Of a stretch of 64,000 bases of DNA, positions 21,101 to 35,378 are shown piece after piece (the first letter of the stretch is position 1; each line of letters starts with the position of its first letter). This DNA comes from Azolla caroliniana (lineage: Eukaryota; Plantae; Polypodiophyta): NCBI GenBank assembly GCA_043228905.1, contig JBHGNT010000009.1, forward strand, positions 5,952,001 through 6,016,000, read 5' to 3'. Made by a program: the position numbers and the translations under genes. The notes under the pieces are model-generated. The model was not told the origin of the DNA, did no database searches, and saw only the letters and a list, made by a program, of their open reading frames with translations.

Positions 21101-23533
21101 GAAATTCTCATGGTTCATGATGTGGATTGAGTAGTTGTACTAACATTTATTTCCCCAAGTGATTCCGTGGTAATTGGAAAATTTATTATTATTATTATTA
21201 TTACTTGGTGATGGGAAGCTGTACATAACTGGGAGGATAAGGAATTGAGAAGTTCCTGGACTTATTGATAAACTGTTCCACCTCAAATGCTGCTATTAGG
21301 CAAATTGGAAATTTTATTGGGAGAATTTAGTACCGGTTTCAGTGTTTGTAAGTGAGATTTCCTTGACTAGAACAGACATTTTGGAAGTTCTAGAAAATAA
21401 TATTGCGAAGGCTTCCTCATGTTTCATTCATGTGATTGGACTCTGCTCGACCTGTCTATAAATGAACATAATTGCTTTATGAAAAATCATATAGGGTATT
21501 ACTGTCTTAGATCAAAGGAAAGAGGAAATAATATAGAATTAATACCAGATTATGATAGAGTAACAGTTAACATTGCAATTGACTTTGGGAAGCATAGGGG
21601 CCAAATTTACTAGAAGCTTTATTCAGTTCAGGAAGTTACGCTGAACCAAGAACAAGTTTTGGGGATTTGTATAGGATGCTGAATCTTCTCTAGCATTCAA
21701 CCATCACCATCAATGAGGTTTTTAACCTACGACAGAGTCAGAACTGTTATTATGTCCTAGAAGCATCTTGACAGAAAACTTGAAGATTAAAATGTTAAAA
21801 ATCCCTTGGAAGCTCCTAGGATAGATCAGTTTGAGTTCTTGACATCCACGATATCTTTTTATCAACCATACGTAAGCCTACACTTGTGACACTAGTGAAT
21901 GTGCACTTGAATACATACTTGTGATGGAGTTGTATGTTTTCTATGCATCATTTGGGCGTTCCTAGGACTGAATGTAAAATTTCCCTCCCTCTACAAAGAT
22001 CTCACAAAAAACATGAACATCGTCGCTAAGACTCACATGTAATTTTCCAGTAAATATATCATGTCACAATGATTAAGATTTGTCAAGACAAGCAAGAGCA
22101 TTTAGGTATTCCTTGATTTTAATATAAAAAGTTCTCTTTTCTCTTCACTCAATGACCTTTCAAAAAAGCTTAAAAACCTAAATAAGACCATCACATGTAA
22201 ATTTGTAATCTTTCTCCAAAAAGTTTCTGGGAATGACTAAGATCAGCCAAGATAGGATAAAACGTGAGACATGAGAAAGGACATAGTGGAACCATTTATG
22301 TCTCATAGTTGGTATCTGATACATGGATGTTGCCCCATAATCTCTTACATTCCACTATCATCCGCTTGAAGTATATAATAGTTGGTATCTTATACATGGA
22401 TATTGCCCCATAATCTTTTAGATGTTCCACTATCAGCCACTTGGAAGTATAACTAATTGTGTGGGCTACATGAACTTCTCATGTTGTTTTCTTTAACATA
22501 GAGACAAAACAACGTCTCGAAAGTGGGTCACCAGAAGCTTGAGGCATACCTATCCAATAGGAATTTCCCATCCTCATCAGAAATTTACACTGAAAAAATA
22601 ACTCTGCCTGCCTCAATAATGCTCATTGCTATCAATTCAGAATTTTTTATGATAGATATATTGAGAGGGGATAATAAATTTACAAAGGAAAAAATCAGCA
22701 TGCTTCAATGCTCATTTTGCTATCAATCAAGAAAAAATTAGTGGTGTGAAAAGGTGCACCCGCCAATCCCCCCCAATGGGAACTGTTTATGATTGAGAAG
22801 GGATTCATCATGTCTTTTCTCCCAGTATGAGAAATTACATCGAAGAAATATCTATTTACAACACCTCTGAACACCCTTTGCGGAAAGGCTAACAGAACGG
22901 TTCTTTCTTTCCATCCAAATTGGACTTATGAAGTCAGTATTTGGTAAGCATTTGGAGAAGTCCACATGTTTTATATATCCAAATTATCATCATTTGGTAA
23001 ATCCTGCAGCACACAAAACAGTCATTTCAGACAGCTTGTAGGACACAATATGTGACTTCTACACTAGGAAAAACTATATTCCAACATTAATAACAGCCAA
23101 ATGGTAAAGTGAAAAGCTGACCTGATCGTTCTTGATTTTGTCCAAATGAAAGTCTTTGACATTACCAAACTGATGACTTGATTTGGTGGAACTTCAGCCA
23201 AGTTATAAGGGGAAGTTTGTGTTCTTAAGACTCAAACTCTTCTTATCCAGCTCTGTTTTCCCATTCCCCACGTAACCCCCATGTAAGAGATATCTAGAGC
23301 TAGAAAGCTCATTTTTTATAGAAAGGATGCATTATGAAAAACAACAAACCAACTGAAGGGTCTGCTGAGAGCTAAAATTATACTTCCTTGGCCTCGTTCA
23401 TAGCCACAGAATTTTGATTCATATCCTAGTGTAAGGTTAGCTATATATCGAACTCTCTTGATCATTATAGCTAAAATGTAAAATGCCGAGTTTCAGCACT
23501 TCAAGTGAGTATGAAACAAAAAAAGAGAAAAAA

Positions 23534-26500
23534 TCAGCTGGTGTCTGCTGCAGCCTCTGCTGTACGTTGCCTCATCATCTCCTTCACCGCAGCTCTGCGT
23601 CGTGACTCCATTTGCTGTTGAAGTCGTCTCAAATGTTCTTTCAAATCCCTGCAACACATTATCCACTCATTTATCTCTTTCATAAAACCATTAACGATAT
23701 AGCTAATTTCCGCAGTTTTAGCTGGCTAAGCCGTGTATTCTAGAAGCAAAAAAGTTGTCTATGACAGAAAGTGTTGAGAAGATTGTTCTAAAAAAATAAT
23801 AAAGAACTAGTGGTTTGAAGTTATTTTAAAGACTAGCAGATTTTCATCCTCTTCTAATTCCTCTCTTGCTTCATTTTTGCTTAGAATCTTTGAATTGGTG
23901 ATATCTTGTTATTAGATGAACTGTTCGGAAAACTAAATACCCATAATTGTGGGTCAAGTCAACCATGCTTTCAACTTCAGATGCCAAACAATATAACAAA
24001 AGTACTCACTTGCAACGAGGCACTTTACATTCAGACTCCTTACAGGCACGAGCATGTAATTGTAGAAGGTACCACATCTTCTTACACAAGTGACATCCAC
24101 CGGATGCTCGAACTTTACAGCACATACCATGACGAAAAAGTCCCTTCACTCTGCGACAATTTGGGTAGAGACATTGTGCAGAGCCGCACTGTGATGCATG
24201 TACTAGTAGGTCTAACATCTTTCGAAGCTGTTCAATATATAAAATAATGTCAATTCTCTCTCTCTCATATACACATAATGATAATCGATCCATTACACTA
24301 AGTATCAGGTGCTAATACAAATTACAATTCATATCTGTACCTGTAAAACACGCTGTTGTCTAGCTTCCTTGCTTTGTGTATCACGCTCTGCAGCAGACTG
24401 GTGGGGTGACAACTTGTGTGGATGCTTTACAGAATCGTCTTTCGAATAGCATGAATTACAAATATCAAAATCTGGACATGTTTCGCAACGCCATCCTTGA
24501 CCAGTCTCAATATCACAATGACAGGTGTTACAAGTGGTTACAAATGCTGGAGCTGTTGGATTATGTAAATGGTAAAGCACCATCATAGAAGAGTGTTTTG
24601 CTCGACGCAATGTATCATATTGATAATGGTTTCCCTGACACAGACTTAGGAATGCTTGCCGTGTGTCAAAAAATTCACTCTCCACGATTTCATCCCTGTC
24701 TCTTGTGTCATCCAAAGGTTCACCCAACTCTACCTGTTGCCATCCAGATATTTTGTCATATGCCCAGAAGATGATAATGTAATTGTGTTATTTTGTTAAA
24801 GGCAATAAATAAAATACCAGAAGATGATGTAATAAGCAGCATCCACGTAAATTAACTAAAGTCCTGAAGATGATCCGGGTCTTGGGCAACAGCCATATCC
24901 TAACCATAATTTCTTTTTTATCTTCCTAAGCTCTTCCTAAATATCGTAAATCATGCCCTTCCCCAACATAGTCATTCATGTATTATCAGTTTCATTTCTG
25001 CTCTATTTACTTTAGTGCTTTATCCCTGGATATAAAAAATTGTACCAGATCTGCCTGGATGTAATATCTTTAGTTTTCACAGGTCTTTTTGGCCTTCTGA
25101 AGGCGTTAGTTAATATAACATTATATTTCATTTATACGCAAGGGCATGTCATGAGATGCAGACTAAATCTAGGGAACCATTAGCATTGTCCGATCTCATC
25201 CTGGAATTACAGCTCAATTACCACACGGTATCTTTGCAGTACAGGTTACAATGCAACTTTGAAGGTTGTGCACTCCTTAGGCATAAATATTCATAGCAAG
25301 TACATTTAAGGAGCTTGAATTCAGCACTAGATTTAAAAGTAAGCCAAAGCTAATATTTATTCATTTTTCATGATTTTTCACCTGAATCCTGAATAACCAG
25401 TTCCGTTTCAAATAACATGGTCTGCATACTTAAGTTGATCTACACGTTTTTGTTTATGGTAATTAAGCCAATATATTACATTCCAGAAGTCCTTCCCTTC
25501 TTTACATATGAATATATTGAATATTTAACTCTAACCTTAATAGAACCATGGTTTATGTGCCACAGAAGATGTCTCACAGGAGGACATATTGAATGGCCAT
25601 TTAGTGGTAACATGAGAAACATTACGATGTTTGAAAATTCCTCTTTACGTTTTTGCACTTGGATATTTTCTTAGGCTTACACTGTGAATGTCAGAACCCA
25701 ACTCATACTGTGATGTCAACTTATAATCTATCACTTGAAGTCAACATAAGCACAAAGAAACACCCAAACGTGATGGAAATCTTGTGAATAGGACATTGTT
25801 AACTTAATGTAAGGGGTGCAACATAAAATTCAGGAGCTATGGGCTGAAACCTTAACGCAAATAATCAAGCTGGAAACCCTATATATTAAATACAGGTAGA
25901 CAAAGGTGGAAGAACTTATGTGCAAGTGAGGAAGCTGAAAGCGAAATCAATTTCTCGTAAATGTTACAACTTCATTGACACTAGTTATTAATAAGATAAC
26001 AGTTAGCCCTCTTTAAAAAACAAATCTTCTTACGAGTTTCAAACGTTCAAAAATACATACTGGAAACAAAGGATGGAATTCTTTACTATTGCTTGGATGT
26101 CTTTCTCGTTCATCACATTTTTGTTCTGTATTATAGCACCTATAAAACAAAGATAAAGCAAGTCAGAAATTCTGCATGTAAGATAATAAGGATATTCCCA
26201 GCAAATTTACTTATGAACATGATGCCAAATATGCATTGGCTATTTTCTTTACAGCAATACTGCCATATACCTGAAATAAACAAGCACCTAAACCAAGAAA
26301 GTATGTATCATGTACCTATCACATATATGAAAACCTTTGCATTGTTTACAAATCCATCGACGACCAGAAAGAATGAAATTGGAGCAATGAGAACAACTAA
26401 ACTGCAAATGGACCATTATAAAATCCTCCTTTATAGGGCGTATAGTCTCTCCCAGCTGGAAGAATATTGAGTTATAATATGTATTAGATAATAGCAAATA

Positions 26501-29500
26501 AATCCATATTATAATTGAAGAAAAAGTAAAATATTTTAAGTTTCCTCCAAAAAATCACCTTATGCATTAGCTGCAAATCTTTAGAAGCATTACTTGCCAA
26601 CTCAGCCTGTGTGGCAGTTTTAGCAGATCTTTTAGTCATGGCATTTTTAGTTTTTCCTTTCTTTTGCTGCCGTTGGCTAACTTCTTCCTCTTGCAATTGC
26701 ATTATCATATCTTCTGCTGCTCCTGGCCAATAATCTCCATCGAAATAGGGTAAACGAGCGGCTGTAACCTTTGCCTTTGTTTCGTCAATTGAAACAAAAA
26801 AGTGATCATACATGTTTGTTAGCTCAACTACAATATTTTCATTACATGCCTTGCGAAGCATTGAAAGGTACCTGCCAGTTTACAGCATGCCATGTGTAAA
26901 TTAAGTAAACAAAGAAATAAGTTATTTGGATAGAATTTTAATGGTAACAATACTCTAGAACCAAATTATGGGTGTAAAAATAGCTTATGTGAAAGCACTA
27001 TGACATAAATCAAAAAGTTCTAAAACTATACCTAAAACAAATAACATATAAAGGAGGTGAATGTAAAGTCCTTAAAAACTGCAATATTAGTGAAGGTTTT
27101 GCTCAATGATCAAAAAAATATTTGCTCTTATTTTGTACAATTTTCTGATTTCTGTTGGAATATTGTGTCCTTTTTACAAAAGGGCATTTGCTTCTGTAGA
27201 CCTTCTATACCGTATCAAGACATGCAGGAGGACCAGAAGAATACTACTGACATTACAACTCCCTATTAGAATTTTCTATTCAATCATTTCTTTTCAATTA
27301 ACGATATAAGAAATGAGTGCACTAAGTAAAAGATGAGTACTTAACAGTTTGAAGATTATGATGAATAGAGAAATGCTATAAGCATTCCCCCTCTGGGGAC
27401 ACTCTCTACTAAGAGGGGTGAGCAATAATAGAACGCATTCATTAACCCAATCCTAGGTGAATACTACACACATTATATAGGAATATTCACTCATCTGGAA
27501 TCATAACTTCATTAATATCTGCCTCAAAACTAAAGCGATAATATTTAAAGCCCAAGTTTCTTGCTCCAATAATGTTCCAAATGCCTAAGTACCTAAATAC
27601 CTAAGTGCTGATATGGTATATTAACTTTTTGTAAGGTATTCCAAGGACTTAAATATGAATTTTTTCTTCTTCTCTCTCTTATGCTTTGTGTAGTGTGTTA
27701 GGGCAGGTCAGGACAAAGGGAAGATACCACTGCCTCTTTCAACAGTGGTTTGGCCCACACAAATTAGTGGAATACAAAGATCCATGATGCTTAGGACTGT
27801 TATTGCTAGAAATAAAAAAAATGTATAGAGACCTCATCCACAATGAACCATCAAAATCTCCTTTAGCACCACGTTATCCCCTGTTTCCTACGCTACAACT
27901 TGATCAAGGGCTACACAAGTAGGGTCTCAACCACAATATTTACAAAGAGCTATAATTTCTCATGCACGCAGGCAAGTTTATTTGGGCCATGGCCACATCA
28001 TCCTTCTTTTCTTTTAGTTGTTCATTCTTTTACATAGTCAAATTAAATGTTGGGTTCTCAAGAAATATATTTTCGATACTTTGTTGAAACCCATGTTTCT
28101 CTATGGAGTAGGGGTGGTAGCATCGCTAAGTTCGCTTAGAAAGAGTTTGAAAATGTCTAAAATCATTTTCTAACAAAGTTTCTCAAAGTCAAGAAACAAA
28201 AGCCATAAACCATCCTACTTTCGAAGGGATCACTTCCCTTGAGATCATGGTCATGTGAAGGGTTGTTGAGTACATGCTTAAAATTCAAAAAAGTCCCTCG
28301 GATTAAATTCCTAGGGAAGCAAGCAAAAAGATCCAAAAGACACATAAGAGCAAAATGTTTTGTTCTGGTTGGATCCAAGATATAATTTGTTCATGATGCA
28401 TGATTAGAGTCCTTTGTTGAAAGAGCCCTTTTTACGACACCAATGTACCATGACATGGAAAAATGGTGAAGCTTCATGCTTCACTTTTTCACTTAATTAC
28501 ATATTCTTCACTAAATGGGCACTAAATGGGGAAACCACATACGTTGATACATGTTTGAGCACATCCCGTTGTTTGTAATCTCAAACATGGGTTCCATACA
28601 ACTTGGTTGACACCCACTTTGATGTGAGTAGGATGTTGGGAACATGCGCTGAGAGTGGTTGGCTATGCATATTTTGACTTAAACAAGTTAAGGAGTGTGA
28701 GTATCACAATTCTGATACTATGATTTCCACACATCTTCGATAAAACCTGATCCTCGAATTAATTTCTCTCAACAGTCATTGTGCACTCTGAATTGTGACA
28801 TCAAGAGTCACTCTTTACATGTATTATGTGAAAACACTTTTCTATTGGTCTCATAGGTCATATTTGACCTTTGAAGACGATAATAAAATCTACCTATCTC
28901 ACATAGATGAAGTAATAAAAATGATCAGGCACAAAGATCTTGCAACAGCAAATGTGGCGTGCACACAGGCCATGACCAGGTGGACCACAACTCTGTCAAA
29001 CCTGTCCTCAACATGTGAAGGCCATTATCACCCAGCACCAATGGTGCTTCCCTAGCTTTTGGAAATCTGCCTAGGTGCTATTCAATGGCAAAAATTTCAG
29101 TCTGAGTTCAGAATCGGAAGTATAAGATAATTCGATTTTTTACTACAACATATTTAGCTATATATATTTTGGTTTGTTGGTCTTAAAGATGAGACATCAT
29201 TTTAAGCCATTTCGGCCTCTTAAAATATGTTAATATAGCTTTCCTTTCTTTCTTTCGAATCACTTTGAATTTATCCTGAATTACGAGCTAGAAAATCCCA
29301 TGCATGTGTATCCACTAAGTAGCTCATGTTTATTCTTAGCCCAATGCAATAATAAACCCCCGAAATCTAATTTTTTTAATGCAACCAAGGCATGAATTAG
29401 AATCTTTCAAATCAAATACCCATTGAATCTTTGCAGGTAAATCAGTAAAACTCACCACTCCCGCAGCTTATCTGATTTTGGTGTTTTTTGTATTTCTGGA

Positions 29501-32500
29501 TGACAGTAAAGAATATAGTCTTCTCCTTTCAGAGGAGGACAAGCCCAAATATAGCAGCTAGTAAAACCTCGCTGCTTGCAGTAATCCAGGTATCCTATCT
29601 GCTCATATAATGAAAGGAAAGAAACTTGAAAACATAGAAAAGAATAAATCATGCAAGGTTGGACAATACAACTAAAACATCTGTGAATTCCTTATATGCA
29701 TACCAAGATTTCATGGTAAACAAAGGTTCGAAGAGCTTCTCCATGGACAGTCCTGACATCAGGCCTGAAATATTTTACTGAATCCAGGTATGAGAGGTAG
29801 ACTCGGCGCTGATTTGGTTGGGCAGCTTCTATACCAAATTCTTGCACGTACATCCCAAACAGGCACACTTCTACACCTTCAATCTTTTGGAATAGTAACA
29901 GCACCTGTGGCATTTCCGGAATGTTATTTTTAAATTTCAGTTTACTGCCTGGAAAAAGAGCATTAAATTTTCATAATCATCCTGCACTTGCCTTTGACTT
30001 ATATGGGAATTCTGAGGCATAATCCTCCTCTTGAAACATCTCTAGGAATCGCTGTTTCACTTCCAATTTCTTATCCACCGATGATACGATTCTGACCACT
30101 AACGAATCTGCTCCAGGTACCTGCATGAACCATGGATAAATTAAACAGAAATCAAACTGTCCACTGGTGTGTTTTAGACCTATCAAGAGCCTTGTTATCC
30201 ATCTACAATGCCAACAAAACTGAACCAGATCAAACTTACTTCATCGAAGCTCTTTCCTTGAGCTCGAGCACGTTCGTGTCTCTCCTGTTTGAGTCTCTTA
30301 ACTAACCGTTGTTCTATATGGTCACTCAATAGTGTCCTAGGCAGATCTTTAGCTCCAAGTACAGCACTTTGCGGAAGAGGTTTCCTTTCCCCTCTCTCAA
30401 CCTCTTCCATCAAGCACTGTGGACACGTATACTCAGCTTGGCCACCGTCATTTCTGCGCATATTGAACAATGCACAAACTTGATGTTGCCACTTCTCACA
30501 TTTGTCACATTGCACCCACTGCCAGATCAACTCATCAGATTCATGTAGGATTTACGAATATAAGATTCATAAATACCTTTAATGTAAGAACTAACCATAC
30601 CGGCTCTTCAGTTTCTTCATCATTCTTTCGTTTCTCGAGCTTTGATTTAGGGTAATTGATTCCATCAATATCAACAGTTTCAGCCCGTGGATCATTGTAA
30701 CAAGGTATACAAATATAATGACGGGTTTCTCCAACTTGCATTGTCCAGTAAAATGCATTCCGTTTTATGCGTGCCCCACATGGTGTACAGTATATAGGAG
30801 GTGGTTCAAATGTTAAAGTTTCTACTGCACAAAGTTGACAGGAACTCTCACTCATTCGATGCTCCATAGCTTGATTTTTTTCTGCTTTCGTCTTGCTCTG
30901 AAAATAAAAGCCAATTTCAGCTCAAAACAAAAATAAAACAGGATTCTCTTATAAGAGTATTATATATCACATGGAATAGTTACTATTTTAAGACTGTAGT
31001 TAACAAATATAAACCACTCGTAATTCTACTGAAAATAAAAATCAATGATGACCATGTTCCAGAAAAGTAGACGTGAGTTTCCAGACATTTCAACCTTCAT
31101 CAGTGTTCACCTTACCTTTTCATCCTTGGGTTGAAAACTAAGTCACCTTATCCAGATCATCCAGGACTTGTATGTAAGTATGATTGCGAGATTTTTTCTG
31201 GACTATTTGTTTGATCTTTTCTTTCTGCAATCTCTACTATATAAAGTCATGGTTAAAACTCTTCATACCCTTGGTTTAGGTTGTTATGGTTGTCTTCTTG
31301 ATCTCTACGAAATACCATAAATTTCTTGATAGTTCTTCTTTGGATGCAATGAGATCTCGTCTGTGACTTCTCTGGCCATTCAGAGATTGAAGAAATTTCA
31401 TAACCTATGATTCTCCACAGTCAGATCTGCGGCATAAGATCTTTTCTACTTTCTTTGTATCTTTAAAATGTCTATGCTATTCTGCAAGTTATCCCTTTCC
31501 TTGCAATTAAACACACTTTCAAAGTCTATATAACTCAAGGAAAAAACCACCAGAATTGACAAATGGCCTAATTCTGATGGTTGTGCAAAAGCAGTAAATA
31601 CAAGTAAACAGCTATAATATCTCAGTCAATGTTGCAAAGTGCCTTTGTGAATTGCACCACTGTGTAAAAGTCTACTGCCAAACAATGTCTCCAAGGAACC
31701 AATTAAGAAAATCTGAGAATGCCTCAGGAATTGAGGAAAGATTTCTCTTTTGTTGAGAAAGTTAGGTTCCAACCAATCATTGAACTATCACTATAACATG
31801 TAATATTGGGCAAGTTACCCTGACCCAATCGCATATGTTTCCTTTAATATTAGATTATTCCTAAGACTAAACAATCACTAATCAAAGAATACACAAATGC
31901 GTCAATGTGACTATTATAACATAATGTACCTGTCCAACCCATTGACGCAAGCCTATGATGTGCTCTCTAATCTGATCAGGCGTAAAGAGTTCAGTTAATG
32001 TGACACCTTTAACCTTTGGCTTCCCACCTTTTAAATTATTGCCAAGCTCTCCCAAAGGAGATGCAACTTTTTCCTGCTGCAGTTCTTGTGTAATATAAGC
32101 AGGTACTTTACTCAAACCTACACTGGACAGGTCCTGCTTAACAGCAATATCCTCTACCCCTTGCTCCAACACTCCTTGCTCTGATTTAACATGGCTACAT
32201 TGAGCTGGGGCCTTATCATTCAGTGAAGCTGACACTTCTGGCTTCACACATGGAGCTGTTGATTCATTCACTTCTTGAGCTCCAATCTTTGCAACCCCTA
32301 CAGGAGATACAGTTTCCTGACATGGCTCAACTTTCAGACCCCCTATAATGGCAGGAGCATCAACAGCTATCTCTGTTGGTTCAATCTTCATTCTCTTGGC
32401 TGGCGGTGCATTAACATCTAAATTGCTCGCAGTGCTCATACCCATAGATCTATTGAATGATGCATCTACATCCATCGCTGCAGGTGGAGTAACAATTTGA

Positions 32501-35378
32501 TCATTTGATCGCGAAGCATTGGATGTAGTTGCATTAGTTATAGACCTACTGGGTTGGGTTGCTTGCATGTGCTGTATTGCAATTTTATGACGAACTGGAG
32601 CACAAACTGGACACTGCGCATCACGACAATTTTGATGATGTCTTACAAGTGTTTGTGAAACATGACAACGAGCATACTGGCAGTTTCGATCGTTGCATTT
32701 GCCTATATGCATCCATAACTGCCTAGCAGTGTCACAGTGAGGTGTTACTTGGCATTGTCCTTCAGGAGCAGTGCATTTGCTCGCATGGCGTAGAAACAGA
32801 AGCCAGCGTTGCTGCTTCAAAAATGGTCGTGTCATTTGAGGATCTGCAATGCCACTAGGTAATGCCTTCCCTGTAAAATTTCCAGTGGTATTATCTGCAG
32901 CATGCAATGGTGAAACACAATTTTCCATCTCCTTTGCCACTTCAGACTTCAGTTGAGATGTAGCAACCTGTTGCTTTTCTTGCCATTCACGATCCTCAGC
33001 AAGGGAATGAGATGACAAATGCTGCTTCTGCTGCTCTATATCTGGCTTTTTCTCAACAAGTTCTTCGACACCTTTGTCAAACAATTGACTCTGCCCTAAA
33101 GCTACGCGATCATGATGATCACTAGACATAGGTGTGCTTTGCTGATTCAATTGTTTGAGGGGCTTGCTCTCCTCTTGGCTGGGTAAAGAATGGGGCAACG
33201 ACATTCGCGAGCCCAGAATTGGCTGTCTCTCATCATCTAACTGCTGAGATGTTTCAGTTTTGATTAGTTCCACTTTCCGTTGCTTTCTTCCTGCACTCGC
33301 CATTTTTTGCTGAGATTTCATGTGCAATAATTTCTGTTCTCGTGGCTGAGGCTGCTGAGGTTTCTGTGGCTGCATACCCAATTGCTGAGAAGGCAAACCA
33401 GGAACTGGTATCATTTTAGAAGCCTGAAATCCTCCTTGAGCATGCATGTTTGGATTGTTAGATGGAACACCATTTGAGACTGAACTATAAAAGCTGCCAG
33501 GTTGTGCAAGATTGGTAGAATTCGCAGTCAAATGACTAGGTCTTGTGGCTGTGAAAACAAATAATAATAAAGCTTAAAAAATAAGGCTATCTCAAGGCAA
33601 CTACGAAATGGAAATCGTATAGCTTACATTGAATTGGCATACGCTGTTGATGTTGCAGACCCTGTGGTGGCATATTACCAAACCGAGGTGCTGTGTACAT
33701 AGGGGGGTTTGAAAAATTCAGTGGTCCATTTGCCACGTTCCCATTTACATATGTGAACTTCCTCTGCATGTTATTGGCCATACTTCCAGCCAGTTCCACA
33801 TTTACATTCCTATTCATAAGTCCACTTGATCCAGTGTTGTATGGTTGTTTCTGCGACTGAACACCTCCTGCAATATAATGTATCACCTGTTAAATCTTTT
33901 GATCACACTCAACAATCATCAACTGTACATGATCAACCTTGGCCTCTGACCTGAAATTGTATTTCCTGCATTTAGAGTTGAGGATTCACTGTGCATCAGC
34001 AAATTGGTGTGAATCCCAGGTGTTGGAACCATATTGCTTACGTTAGTTTGGGAGGTAGAGCCAGGTGGTGTCACATTTCCTAAACTATTATTGGAATTTG
34101 TATTTATAGCCCCTGGGGTGGGTATCATTGTACATCCATTTAAGGATGAAGGTATTACGCCTGGAGTTGGAACCATAGTAGAGCTTGATGCATTCATTCC
34201 ACGAATCCCAGCAGCAAGATTGTTTCTTGCAGGTCCATTTTTCACAGTAGCTTGAAGACGTTGCTCCAATGTAGAAATATCTGCATATTCTTCCTAGAAA
34301 TAGCATGAAGCATACAGTTACAGTTCAAAACTCCTCTGGACTAAATTTTGTTCAGTGATTTTATCCTAAATACCTTTGACCTAGCATCTCGATAAAGTGA
34401 CTCTTCCAAACGCTTAACCAATTCAGGAAGCCTTTGTTGCCATTCGAGAGTGAGTCGAGGTTTGCGCTTTTCAAAGAGAAGCAAACTGAGGTCCAAATTA
34501 TCAACAAAAATAATTACATTGACTATAACCAGGGAAGAGATTGCATTCTTCATATTGCTAAAGCTTCTATTAAAATCACAGACATGCATTCACTTTATAA
34601 GGTTGTGGGAAAAAATAACAGAAATCACATTATAGCAGCCTGTTCAACAACATTATCAGTGGAGAGATAAGATGATACAATATGGGTGCAGCTACACCCT
34701 GCACTATCTCCGATATATTATCTACCAATTCTGAAACCTGATGGTTATATCAGCAACCTGAATATGGATAATATTAATACTACCATCTGACTTCACAGTA
34801 TGCCCTAAGACAATCATCAGGTATCATATGGTTACCAACATGGGACAATCGGTCTGCTGGTTCAAAATACTGATGATTATGTAAGAATGCCTGAATAGAT
34901 TCTTATTGTTGGCTTTTGTTCTTGACACGCATTCCCTTAACACACTTTGCCCTGCAATCCTAAGTAATAGTGGTCATCTGACTAAGTAACATGTCCTCAG
35001 ACAAACATTCGTACTGTAACCAAAGTATCTATTTGTATCTACATAAGAGGCAACTTATAAGACGTATGCCTACACACCAATATGGAGTAGTTATTGCAAA
35101 TATATGCATCCATACTTCCTGGCTTTTTACAAACATTTAGCTGTAGACTACATACTCCACGTTTTTTATTTTTTATTTATTTTTATTTTTTGGGGGAAGA
35201 GGGGACCAACTCACATCTTTTCTGCAACCATTCGCCTTGTTCCAACGTCTGATTCGGTATGCCATGATCCCCGAGTTCCTCCATTTGATGTCAATGAGTT
35301 CATATTCTGAGATGGGGCAGTTAACTGTCCAGATACATGTCCAGGTGGTTGCTCGGATAGTTGAGATTGTGCTTGCAT
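23534..35378 (-). CDS. HAC1: CBP/p300-family histone acetyltransferase (HAC1/HAC12-like), multi-exon
   Basis: Probable start MQAQSQ...GHVSGQ at 35378. KIX-like [14 protein letters not shown]1 [52 protein letters not shown] / [19 protein letters not shown] / [15 protein letters not shown], two ZZ fingers and TAZ2 LLVHASQC...[15 protein letters not shown]. Stop at 23534-23536. The exact paralog is uncertain. Confidence 0.93.
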